Below are positions 25,001-38,500 of a stretch of DNA of 64,000 nucleotides, piece by piece. The number at the start of each line of letters is the position of its first letter. Position 1 is the first letter of the stretch. The translations under genes and the position numbers were made by a program. Location: NCBI GenBank assembly GCA_051362555.1, contig CM120647.1:8742001-8806000 (forward strand), read 5' to 3'. The notes beneath the pieces were generated by a model that was not told the origin of the DNA, made no database searches, and saw nothing but the letters and a program-made list of their open reading frames with translations. This stretch comes from Lingula anatina. Its lineage: Eukaryota > Animalia > Brachiopoda.

Positions 25001-28000
25001 TGCTGAATGTTTATAACGTAGGTACTATTATGCGCAAAAATATTGATACATGACGCAAACGACATTTACTAATTTTGGTAATATCAATTTTAATTAAAAT
25101 TAAATTTAATTGAAATTAAAATTAAAATTTGTCTAAACGTGCATATTACCATTCACCTTGTTTAAAGGGTTCGCAACACTACATTCTAATACATTTTGCC
25201 AATTTTCATGTTTGCTAGTTTATTTTGATTTGAGAGAAAGCGAGAGAAGACCCTCTACTAGGGCCGCAAATTAATTATGAGTATTTTTCTTCAGTGCAAG
25301 AGACTGTGTAATGAAAAATCAATCTGTAACTCTGGTATAGGGTGGCCTTGTCTGTGTAATAATATACAAGTAGGGGCAGGGGTACAGTTTTGTAGTACAA
25401 ATAGTCATTTTATACATCTTATTGACCTCATCGTCGGGTCATTGTTTACAATAGCGCTTTGTCGCTGTGCGTACCTTTTTGCATTTGAGTTAGACTCAGT
25501 CAGTAACAGCTGGTGATTTTGTCTTTTTTGCGTTTCATTGACAATATTTTGGCCACCTAAGTAGGGAAATGTGGCTCTTTGTTTTGAAATGACATTTCCA
25601 TTGTTCCTTTGAACATGCAAAAGTCAACACACTTACGTCAGCATACTTACTTTGTAATACCAACCAGGGGAAGAAACAAAAGCCTCATAAGGTGTCGTCA
25701 TTCACACTGTAAAAGGTGTTAATTTCATGCTTCTATTGTTTGCCCATGAATCATTATGACAAATTTGTAGGGTTGCCAGATCACTGGCGCTTCATTCAAT
25801 TCTCTATATCTGCCCTGCAGCCTGGGATGAGTGATACTTGACTGACCTTTGTTTACATCTGGAGATTTTCTTTATAATTCGATCAGTGTGCATAAATTAT
25901 GATATTTTCCATCAGGAAAAATACGTGATAATGTTACAATTCTTATTTAACGGATACATAATTACAAAAATTAATTCCTGATTTAATACCCCCTATTTCA
26001 GCGCCTATTCCTGGCTGCGTTAATTATGGGGGGTTGGAAAGTAATCCGTTAGAACGCAGGAGTGATGATTGCTACCCTTACCAACGGTGCATCACCGATC
26101 AACTAATCTCAGCCACCTGAAGCAGAATCACCAACAAAAGACAAATTGGACTACATCTGCCTTCTTGTTGAGACATCTTATGTAAAAAAGGCGATAACGG
26201 TCAAAACATACGTGCTTCGTGGTTTATTAAATGTTCATCGTATTTTTTCGTTCGTTATTCTTATGAGTTAAGCAGCTTCACCTCCGTGACACCCTTTTTA
26301 TTTATTTAAACCATTGTTAGATAAACCATGGGTTTCACTCCAGATTTCACGATCGAGCAGCTGATCATGAGGAGAGTGTAGCATGCTATAGTAAACTACC
26401 CCAAATATATATATAACACCTCCAGGGTTTCACGATCGAGCAAGTGATCATGAGGAGAGAGTGTAGCAGAGAACTTCATTAATGGTCATCATAATTGGTG
26501 GTTGCCTTGGGAAAATGAGTTACATGATTACATAATACAGATACATAATAACATAAGATTAATACTAAAATTTTCCCTGATACAAAAACCCCTATTTGAG
26601 CGCTTATTCCTGACTGCGTTAATTACGGGTGATTAGAAAGTAATCTATGAGGACGCAGGAGCGATGATCGCTACTCTTACCAACGGTAAATCACCGATTT
26701 ACTTGACTCCGCTACTTCGAGCAAAATCACACACCACCAAAAGACAAATTAGACCACGTTCGTCCTCTTATTAAAACAAAGAATGTAAAAATGTGATGTC
26801 GGTCAAAGAAGAGGCCTAGACTACGTGCTTCATGGTTTATTAGATAGGCCTATTCATTGGATTTTTTTATTTCATTATTATAGCTTCACCTCGCGAGACC
26901 CTTTTTATATATTTAAAACACAGCACCCCACTGGTTTCGCGATCATGAAGAAAGGGAGTGTAGCAAAGAACCTCATTAATGGTCGTAATAATAGGTGGTT
27001 GCATTGTAGGCCTAACCTTGTTCATTTTAGTCGACAGACTAAGCTAGAAGAAAGAAAATATCATTATCGCCTCTCTTTACTTAGGAACAATAAGGATGGC
27101 TAGTGGCAGCATTTATAAGTTCTTTTATTTAGAAACTTTCCGATCCTTTGTCTGGGACTGCGTCCGAGAAACGGCGATAACGACAGAGACGTCCTCGAAC
27201 ATTTTGGACTCAGTGCAAATAAAAAAAAAATCCGTTAAGAAGTAGCCTTTAAATGTCCTGGCAAATAACTTTGCGATGGCTCAGAGAGTTCTAGAATGAA
27301 TGACAAGCAACGACATTAGGGTTAATAATAGACTAAAAACTATCAGAGTGTAGGCCTGTCTTACTTCATTTCTAAGGCCATCTTGTGATACGAGTCATGC
27401 TACACTACAAAAGAGGGGGTAGCAGTGGATGATTTAATACAGGGATACCATCGATAGTATATCAATAGAAAATCGCAATCCTCAAATGTTTTTTAATTCA
27501 TTAAATATAAACGGTCCTTTCTCGTACAATGGGTCTGGTATAGTTGTATTGGCCTATCAGTTGGAAACACGTGGTTCGTCTACAATTGCAAATGGCGGAG
27601 GTGCCGTGGTAGTTATTGTCGTAAAATTAGCTGGATACGGTGCACGTGAGAAATTTATTCATTAAATTTAGTTTTCGAGCGTCAGCTTAATCTGGTAAAA
27701 TGCGAGACGAAAAAAATGATAGATAGAGCCTTATGACCCACTGAAGAATGATGCCGAATAATACATCAACGACGTAGTTTATCGGCAGATAAACGTGTTT
27801 CCATTCTCAGCTGACTGAGGAAAGGTTTGAGAGAGCATTTAAAGAAGAGGCGGTCGAACCAATAGTGAGTAGGAAGTGTGCTGCAATCAAGACGAACAAT
27901 ACCGATCATAAGTGGACAGCTAATAACCCCTAATTAACCCCGGGTTACGCGCTGCTGTGTTGACTCCTTGCTGGGAAGGGGTAGCGGCCTCCTACTGCTG

Positions 28001-29721
28001 TGCGTAATCAAACATTGTCTTCTAACATGCGGCTACACGACGGTTGCATTGTATTAATAAAGTAATACCTATTCATAAGGAAGGGGGCGGATGGTAATCT
28101 TACGAGAATTAAATCAGTTATCGATCATACGCGTACCAATAGTCGTGTTTTTTTTTAGCTATACGGTACTTGTAGCTAACTAATACATTATCTGATTGAC
28201 TCAATGCATTGGTATATGCTGGTACATTTATACGTATGCCTTTGCAGACAGCAACAAGCACGAGGCAAGGGCACCCTGCCGTGCGTTCATATTCAGGTGA
28301 CGTTCAGGTAAGCAAACAAAGCTACTCCATCTAATGCTGGCTATCATTTTGTATCAGTCTGCAGTCTTTCATTGAAAATATGATTTTAGTATTATTTTTC
28401 ATCCTTTTTTTTTGTAAAAAATACCTGCTCCATTGTAACATGTGTAAATTTAAAAGCTCATAGTAACCAACGTTAAGGAAAATTTAGAAAAAAAATTGTT
28501 CCAAAGTCTAAGATATCAATTCAAGTTTTGAGTTTGCTTTGATGACAAATTCAGAAGATATGGTCCCTTAAGGGCATTAATAGCAATTAAGCAATTTTCC
28601 CTAGTAAAAAAAATAAAAATAAAATAAAATAAAAATACCCAATTTCAAAGCTCACAAAAGTTACTGCTAGGGATTACGGTATAAGCTTTATCTGCAAATA
28701 GTCTGTCATCAGTTAAGTCACCTATCTTGATAAGAAATAAAAGCCAGAAAACGTGACTCATGAGAAATGTATTGCATCAACATAGAAATTCGTAATTACC
28801 ACTCCAAAAGACTGCAATTTTTAAATTATCTAAACATTAAACAATTCACACATTGTAGACAACTGTAGACTGAACCGAATATTCTGCAGCAAGGACTCTA
28901 TAAATATGGACAGTTTTAAATTAACTTATCAAGTCAAAAACCAGTTATCAATACATACATTTACCTGAGTCATCGGTAGATACCTTCAAAAACAGCAACA
29001 AACTGGAGCAAATAAGCTACTGTAGTTACTTCCTAATAACCTTCTGGTGGCATACTGCAGCAAAATTCATATTATCCAATGTTATATTAAAACTCGATGC
29101 ATAGGTATACTGGTAAATTAGCCTTAATTTACAGAGAGCAACAAAGTCGAGGTAAGCGACGGTACCGTTTCTGAACATCCAGGTCTACAGAAATGCTCTC
29201 ATTACCTAATGCCAAAGTCAAGGCAACTGAATAATTAATTGCCAATAACATGCAACAGCTGATAACGCATGCCTCGTCAAGTCTACGTCGCGTACGTTTT
29301 ATTAGATCAGGAATCTTAGCATTATCAACTAATTCATCAATCTGAGGATGTGTATTTTGTGTGATTGTTTTGATAAAGGACGTGTGTGTTTTTCTTTTAA
29401 ATTTCTTGTCACAGAAGCAAACAAAAACCTGCTATGTGGTTTTACTATGATAAGTTCCCTTGCAGGGCAGAGAAAATCAAGAGAGAAAATCAGAGAAAAT
29501 TAAGGGAAAATTAAGGGAACGGCAAATAATGAGGATCGGAGATTAAATTGCTATCAATCAATTTATCAATCTGTCCTGGTGACCCTAGGGTGCAGCTGCA
29601 GGAAAAAAAGTTAGTCATTTAAATCTGCTCTGCTGATGTCTCTATACATGACTGAAGTATCTTAAGAAACTGAACAGTGCAATTTTTACCAACTTGGATT
29701 CTTAACTTAATGTTTTAATAT

Positions 29722-29772
<51 letters not shown>

Positions 29773-31994
29773 TTGACATCAAAGTGACCTCCATCAATTT
29801 TATATACCTAAAAAGATTAACAGCACCTTTCTATAATCCTAAGCTAATTCCACTGATTGCACTCTAGCAAGAATCCCCCTCAGGGTTGGACTGACCCATC
29901 TAGTAAATATATGTAAATCTGAATGGTCCCTTAGATTTCATTACCTCTTATCCACAAGCTTTCCAGCAGGGGTCCTTCTTAAGCCTCTTCTTGGCTGTGG
30001 TGCCTGTCCGAAGGTCTGGTCAAGGTCCTCCTCAGACCCAAGTCTTGACCGCCGTGACATGGGCTGGACCACATCTGGCATATTATTGTATCTGGAAGAT
30101 TTTTTTTAAAATCAATTACGTTCATTCAGTGCTTTCCTAGACCTGTAATATCTAACAGTATTACTTTTTTATTTCATTCAAAATATAATTTTTTTCATTG
30201 GGAAGAAGGAAATCTTAGTCTACATTGTATAAGTTAATGTAGCACATAAAATAAGTCTAATATTTAAATAATTTACTCTGAATAATAGCAGCCTACTTCT
30301 ATGGTAACCAATTTTGATTAAAGAAAATAAAAAAATAGTCTTTTGTGAATTGTGACTTTATTGAAACTTTGATTTGACTTAATAAAATATATTCAGTTCT
30401 CAAAATCCTACTCAGTGGAGTCAAGTTAGATATATGTTTCGCTTCATCTGTCTTCAAAACAATTTAACAAAAAAGCCCTCATTGTGAATAAAGCATGCAA
30501 ACCTAATTACACTGAATTGGCCTCTACAGTAAACAAAGGTCAGACAAACAGACTGTTCATTCAATTACTGATTCTCGCTCTACCTTTCTCTTCATCTAGT
30601 TCATTAATTTGTTAACACTATCTCTCTCCCTTTTTTCCTGTTTATTCATCCGTCTCTCCTTCCCTCCATCATCCTTACCTTGCTTCATGGGCATTCCTGT
30701 CATTAGACATGGGATGCACCGGTGCTGCACTCTGGTGGTGAGAAATATAACCCTGGGGCTCCCTCTGGGGACTAACGCTCCTTTCCACTAAATATCCATG
30801 TTCATTCACAACCAAATTAGCCTGTTGGGGCCTCTCAAAGTCTGTATTTTGGCCATTTTGATGTCTGTGATCTCTATGGAGATCTCTCTGAGGAGGTGTG
30901 GAAATATTTCGATGGTTGGAAACAGGGTGGCCATTTTGGTAATAATCGGATTCATTTCTGTGAATGTCTCTGTGGTGATAATTGTGTTGATGCCCTCTTG
31001 GGATTACATCATCTTCGTTTTCGTAGTCTGCTGGAGGAAATGCGTCGTAATTAGCGGGACTGAAATTGCGCTGATGAGAATAATATGGGTCCGCAGCAGA
31101 ATACATGTTTTTCTGTTGCAATTGTTTTTGTTGTTGCTGTTGTTGTTCCTTTAGTTTCTCCTCCAACTGTTGTTTTTCTTTCAGTTTTTGTTGTTCTTCT
31201 CTCCGTTTCTGCTCCTGTTCAGCCTCAAGTGCAGCTGCGGCCAATGCAGCAGTGAGTTTTCTCTCCTCTTCTTTTTTCTTTTCTCTGGCTTTTCTTTCCT
31301 CCTCGACCTAAAAAGGGGAACAATTCTTTGACTTCAGCGAAAAAAGGTGAGTTTTGTTTACAGGACTTGACAAAAGGGTCACCATGATGACCTTAAAGTT
31401 TGTAAGCATCCATTGCCTTTCATACCATCCACTACCTGAGAAAAATTTAGAAAAAACTTTTTTCTATATTCATGGACTCTGAGAGATACAAATATAGTGA
31501 CAAATTATTATGTTACACAATATATGAAGGTACTAATATGACACTGATGATTCCAAGATTATGCTGAGAATAGGGTACAAACCATGTAATCTATTTTTTA
31601 ATTATTTTTCTGCAATTCCCATGTCAAATATAAAATAAACAGCAGGAGAGTACTTTTACTATAGTGCATGCATGTACATAAGCTTTGCACACAATTTTTT
31701 TTCTGGAGGGAGTGAGAAAAAGGAGCCTCCAAATTGGAATATATATGCCTTCTCTGCCTCCATCCTCTAACTAGACCCACCATAACATTATTGTTGATAA
31801 GTACTTTAATATTTGAATATGAAAAGAAGAGGGGGTCTTGGAACACTTGATACATATCCACAAAGGCAAGTTTGTGGCATAGAAAAATCTACACGTTTTT
31901 GAAGATTAATTATAAATGTAATAATAGTAGTAATTATAATAATAATAACAATAATAATAACAAGAACAAACTCCTCCCTTCTCTCTCTCTCTCT

Positions 31995-32058
<64 letters not shown>

Positions 32059-32755
32059 TTCACAATCACTAACACTCTCACAAACATACACATAGACACA
32101 CTCACATACTTTCTTTTCTAATAACATATTATGGCAATAATTACCCAATTTGTAACTAACATGTGATTTACACCTCCATCATGCCAACCAATGACTGATA
32201 AGAAGCCCTAACACCTCTAAATTCCCTCTGTCCCTGCCAACAGTCACTAACTCTCACTCAAGAGGTATTAGAACTAATTGTACTACAGTATTACTCAAAT
32301 ATAAACACAGACACAATAATTCCGGGTATGATAATTCCAGTCTTACCAAATCTACAGCCAAAGTTAGCACATTCTGTCATGAAGGTAATATGAAATTTTC
32401 TAGTTGCGTCAACTTGGCCTCCTTGGGCTTTATTCAAGATAAGATGAGATATGCCGACTGTTTGGACTTTAGTGAGCACATAGAGTTTGCAATGGTTCTT
32501 TTGTATATACATTTTTTATAACTGTAAACATATTAAGTTAGTTGAATTATTATTGGTTTGGGTTAAATTTGACTTTTTAAATAAATTACTAAGACCAAAG
32601 AATCTCAAATGTTCTTTTCAACAGAGCTCTCCTTTAATTTTATAACTTATGGGTAATTATACAATCTATAAGAATTATTATCTAACTGAATATTTCCCTA
32701 TGCTTTGGAATGCAATTTCAGTTCGTCTAGTTTCACATCTGATCAAAATTCAGTC

Positions 32756-32791
<36 letters not shown>

Positions 32792-34742
32792 CAGTCAGCC
32801 AGTCTTTTAAATAAATATTGACATTTCAAAGTCCCTGATAAGATAACACTGAATTTGGAGACTGTTACAAATGCTTCTTAGACTCTTCTTACGAGTAGAA
32901 TATAATACTGGTAGACACTGGGGTTTCGAAATTAAATCAAAATCAATGGTATTAATTAGTAATAATTCAATCTTTAAAGAAATATGTTGCAAAATGTGCA
33001 TATATGAAATACTGAATAAAAATTAAAATATGTAAACTACAGAAAGTTACTAAATAAAAGGTAAGGCAGACCTGCATTAAGTAATGGTACAAAATTTACC
33101 ACAAAATTACCTGACTGAAAAAGTAACATGAATCTTTTTTTTTTTTATTTCAGTATAATTTTACTTTTTTTTTAAATTTCACTATCTATTATTATTTGCA
33201 TAAAATGCTACACAGAGGCAAAACACCTGCCCCTACTAAAAACGTGTCCTATAAGCACATGTCTATTATATTGAGTAATATGAATCTTCTGTAATCCTCT
33301 TTATAGTGAGTCAGTGCTTCAGAGAACTTATGAATGAAAACACATTTACTGAATGCTCAACAAATTATCTTAAAATATTATTAGCATACTGAATATCATG
33401 AACTATCGGTCCTTACATGATTAATATGATCTGTCATTCTCTGGGAGAAGGGGATTTCAAAATGCTGTATCTTCATACCTTTATACAGTAGCATTATGTC
33501 TTTTACCATGCACTGCAAGTATGTCCTTGTCAACAAATTGAATACAGTTCAATCATTTCAAAAGGATTACAGGCCTGTAGCCAGCAAATTTCAAAGGGGG
33601 CTTCTTTTTCCAAAAAAAAAGCAGACCTTTTAACCAATTCACCCGACAAAGCATGAAAAATGGCATACATATATGACTGAGATCAAATTTTAATTCATGG
33701 TGGTCATCTTTTCTAGAACAAAGGGCAGTTTTTTCATCCCAACCCTCACCTTAACCCCCCCCCCCCCCCCCACCTACAGCCCCAGGTCGTAGTTACCGTA
33801 GTTACCAAATATCTTGTCAGGTGATCTGTCATACTTAAACATGAATCACTTCGTTGTGCTGTGGTTAATTCTTGGAAGAGTTTGCTGTCACCAATTATTT
33901 TTGACAGGTGCAATATGGACTAGAGCAAGCTCAGGTAGAAACACCCTGGTAGCAAGAATAAATATACAACAGGGGGCCATTTCATAAAATATCTGATGTA
34001 TTGATCAAAACTTGGTCTAAAATATAAGAACAAATTCCTAGTCTTTTTTGCCATAAAAACATCATATTTTGTCCAGTAAAATGAATCATTGTGCTCGTTT
34101 TATAACAAGAAACAAATCGAGGCTTTTTCAGACTAATAACCACTCTTTTTTCAGCTCAAGACAGGTCATTTATCCAAATTTGTGGAGGTGAAAATTTCTT
34201 TGTCCAAGTCAAGACCCACTTTCTTTTGAAAGTTCTTTTTTGAAACAGGCCCGAGAGGAGCAACCTTATGTAAAAATTGTGTTTTTAGATATTAATCACA
34301 CATCACTACACCTATAGAGTTGTACTATGGATGGTTTACACACATATAACTGGAGGATTACCTGTGCGATCCAACTGCACAGTATAATTACCAATCATAA
34401 ACATTTTTCATTTTTACCAATTTATACCTAAATTTATCAACCATTTTCTACAAGAATGAACCAAATATGAGAAACCAAAGTTTTAACATATTGCACTTTT
34501 TGGTAAAAATCAAGTTTTCTCCCAATAACAAAGAAAACAGACTAATGTTTTAACTTGGATCGCCCTTGGTTTCACAGTCTGTGTGTGTAAATGCGTCAGA
34601 CAGGTGTCCCACCATATTTACTTCCTGGTTGATAAAGAGGCTGTCAAACACTTCAAAGGTCAGTGCACAAGCACGTTTTTATATTAGCTTTGCAGGTAAA
34701 TTTGTGCAGGGCATTAAAGTGCACAGACACAAACACTTTGTC

Positions 34743-34785
<43 letters not shown>

Positions 34786-35195
34786 TCTGCATTTCTTCAG
34801 TTGTACCATTATTTTATCTTCTCTTTTATAAAAAAAATTAACCATAAAACAGATAAATGAATGAATGAATGAATGAATGAATAAATGAAGGAATGAATGG
34901 ATCAATAAATAAATAAATAAAAGATAAAAAATTAGTACCTTTCTTTCCTGTCTTATCTTGTCGTGTTCTTGTTGAAGCTGTACAAGATGATACGTCCTCT
35001 CCGCCTGCTGGGTGAGAATAGCCACAAAGGCACTGAGGAGGGACCTCTCTTTCACGAGCTTTTCTTTCTTGGCGCGGAACTTCTTTCTGGTGAGAAACCC
35101 GCGGACATAACTCTGCACGCGAAGAACTTTGGCCTGTATGATGTCCATGTGGAGATTCAGCTGTTCTGTGTGCCAGTATTTCAAGAATACCTGGC

Positions 35196-35241
<46 letters not shown>

Positions 35242-35465
35242 TATGAAATCATAAAACAATTCTAACTGATATACAATAACTGTTAAAACGTATAAATTGC
35301 TAAAAAGAAAAAAAATGTAAATACACAAAAAGTATATAAACTTTTTTGTCTAGTTCATTTATCTTACAAAATTAAAACCTGGATTGATAATTATAAATCT
35401 AAACTCATGTGCTATTCTACTATGGTATTTTCTTACTACTAATATTGCCCGTTCATGCATACATT

Positions 35466-35500
<35 letters not shown>

Positions 35501-38500
35501 AGATCACCTTGTGCATCCCTATCTCCCATCCATGTATGTTGGCTGCCTGCAGCACCTGATAACAATGCAAGGGTATGGGATCCACCTTGGCAGTCAGTGG
35601 GAAGGCAATCATCTTATACCTGGAGTTAATTTGTTAAAAATAAACTTGATAACTATAATGAGTGTTCGCTTCTATAGCAAATAATAATAATAGTAAAGAA
35701 ATAAAATATTATACAACATTCCTTGCAGCAAATTTCCCTTTATATCTAAAGTATTCCCTTTTTTCCAAATCCATCAACAAAATTACTAGTTATAAGATGA
35801 CCCAGATTTGATTTCAAAATTTTCTTATTTTACAAATTAAGAGAAAAGGTGTTCAAATATCCAGGAAAGTATTATATTTTGCTAATTAAAGTGTTACACA
35901 CTTTGTGTGTCTTTAATTCTGAATAAAATATTTCACACTGGTATCATAAAGACATGCACAAAAAGGTACTTGAAAATTTATACAAGTTCATTACAAAACC
36001 TCACCCTTAAGTTAACAAACTGTGATGGCAGCAGTGGGGAGTCGCACTCACCTGTCTAAGAAGGTATGAAAAGGCAATCTCGTGGGAAACCCAATGTGTC
36101 TGATCCTGGTGGTTTCAAGGACCCCAGTGTAGCGGAGTTGTTCCAGAACCATGCGAGGCTCAAAGTTATCAGCTTGTTTGTAGTTATTGGGCTTAATACA
36201 TCTGTAAGAAGAGTTTTTTTTCATTATGAGCTACAGTCATGTGCAGAGACAGTGACATTACAGACACACTTACGACAAAAACGTTTAAGTTGTCTTACAT
36301 ATCTGATTTTAGAGGACAAAAGAATTGTGTGCAAATTCGTTAGTTAAGGGACAATGCCGACTTGCATATATTTTACGTACAGTGTAGATAAGGTCCATCA
36401 TTAACAGCTTATTTGTATTTTTAAAAATGTGTTTAATGCATTATTTCTTTTTTTCAAAATTTTTATTACTATTAATTTTGCTATCAGTTTAAAGCATCTA
36501 AGATTTCTTTTCATATATCAGCTTGAAAAAGGTTATTGTCTTGATTGCAATTCTTGCATTTAAAGCAACTATAATGAGAGATTTATCTTTAAAATCTCAA
36601 TCATTCAATAATTTTTCAACATGAGATTAACAAAATATCTTGTAAGATCACAAATTAGATATCAATCCTACCTTACAAATTGTGGTTCTGCTTCCAGTAG
36701 CTTGCTCATGAGATCTGTCAATGAAGTCTAAAAAAGGAGTTTTAAGTTCTAATTTCAAGATTAAAATCAACTTTGGAATTTCAGTCAAACCTTTTGTCCT
36801 TGAAGGGACAGTTTTTAAACCATTATATTGTTTTCCTGAACTTGTGAGATTCTTTTCTTAATAATCCACTTCCATCTTATGATATCTATACTTCACAAAT
36901 TTTTCTAAATATTTCACCAACCCGTACCTGAAATTTTGCTCCAGCAGTCTTCTGATTAAGGGACTCTTGCTCAACAGTTCTTCTTGCTTGGTATCTGGAA
37001 AAAAGAATCAAGATATTCAAAGTTGTCTTCATTCAAACATGATGCAGAACCATAAATTTTGGAAGCTACAAATTACTGCACCTCACTGCATAGTTCATTT
37101 TTAGTTACTGAAATCTGGTAAATTTTCTACATTTAATTTTCATCACTTTAAATTTAAACAATTTTGAATGTACTGACTATAAATTAAATTACAACTGCAA
37201 ATCTTAGTCAGTCCATCAAATGCCTAAAGTCATTTAAAAAAATTAAACATTAACTTCCATCACACCCTTGGTACCAATTCACTGTTCATTGTTTTATGTT
37301 ACTTAGTAATGTTTTTATTTAACACATAAGATATATAATAGAGAAAAAAGAAAGAAAAATAAAACTGCAACTACACCAAAAACAAGACTGTAATCTTACC
37401 GCTCCTTCAACGCCTTGCCAGCTTGTCTTGAAAGACTCTTGGTACGTCTGCTGACATCTGGTGCCCGACAACGTAAAATGGACTTTCTACTTCGGATTGG
37501 GGTTTTAGAGCTTTTAGATAGAGTTAAAAACATCAAAGTGAGAATGAGATGAAGAAAATACAACCCAAGATGAAATGTCACTCTCTATTTCTTGACATTT
37601 CTTCATTAAGAATCAAAAACAATTATAATTTTTCCAAAAAGTGAAAGAGGCAGCTCAAAAAAATTCAGCTGATAAAAGCGTTAGAGAACTGCAGATATAT
37701 AACTAATTTGCAAACCAAGCACAGAAAAAAAACTCATGATGTGGAAAATTTCTCTTATTCATGAATATTCAAAATAAATTGATGGGTCAGTGCCTATGCA
37801 TTGGTGCTAATGTGCATGTACAGTATACATGTGTGTGTGCTTGCATGCCTGTGGATACACGTGTATAAATGTGTGCACATGTGTGTGTGTGTTTGCGCAC
37901 TCACATAAGTGTATGCATGTGCGCACAACATTCTTGTGCAAGTGTGCATACATGCATTTATATGTACACATGTGCATATACGAGTGTACATGCATGCCTG
38001 CATATGTGCGTGCGTGCATGTCTGCGTACTCACTTTATCAGCAGTGTTCCTGTATCAGCCACTTGGGCAGTAAAAAGATCACAGATAATCTGGGAGTCAC
38101 TGTTCTTCATGCATTCTAGGATATTGGGACTAAGAGTATCACGATTCTTCTCCAGGAAGCCCTCCGCATTATAGATGACCTGAAACATAAAAATCATAGT
38201 TATTTACTTGTAGAATTTCTTATCAAAAATTTTATAACCATCTGAAATTTTAGTTTTAAAATATCTTCTTTTTGTAAAAGATTACTGAACATTTCATAAT
38301 TTAGATATTAGACTTAAAATTTATATAAATCAATTAGGTGATCAATTAATAATTCAATAAATATAAAAATTGTTATCTTTTAATTATTTACTGACTACTT
38401 AAATTGTTATTGTTGTTGACATTATCACCATCATCATTATCATTATTATTATTATATTATATTTTTTATTATCTAAAAACTCACCTGGCCAGCATAATGT

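Noticed and set aside
24594-27103. Nested protein-coding gene in the large intron (ORFs 24594-24902, 25277-25516, 26825-27103)
   Set aside because: No recognisable domains or consistent splice structure, and the duplicated unit does not preserve the reading frame.
30798-31311. Plus-strand hydrophobic and Cys-rich ORFs (also 7117-7610 minus, 34963-35199 plus)
   Set aside because: They are antisense shadows of real exons.
32291-32520. Extra exon or nested ORF in the intron between exons 19 and 20
   Set aside because: No convincing splice sites or homology, and the flanking exons already join in phase 0.
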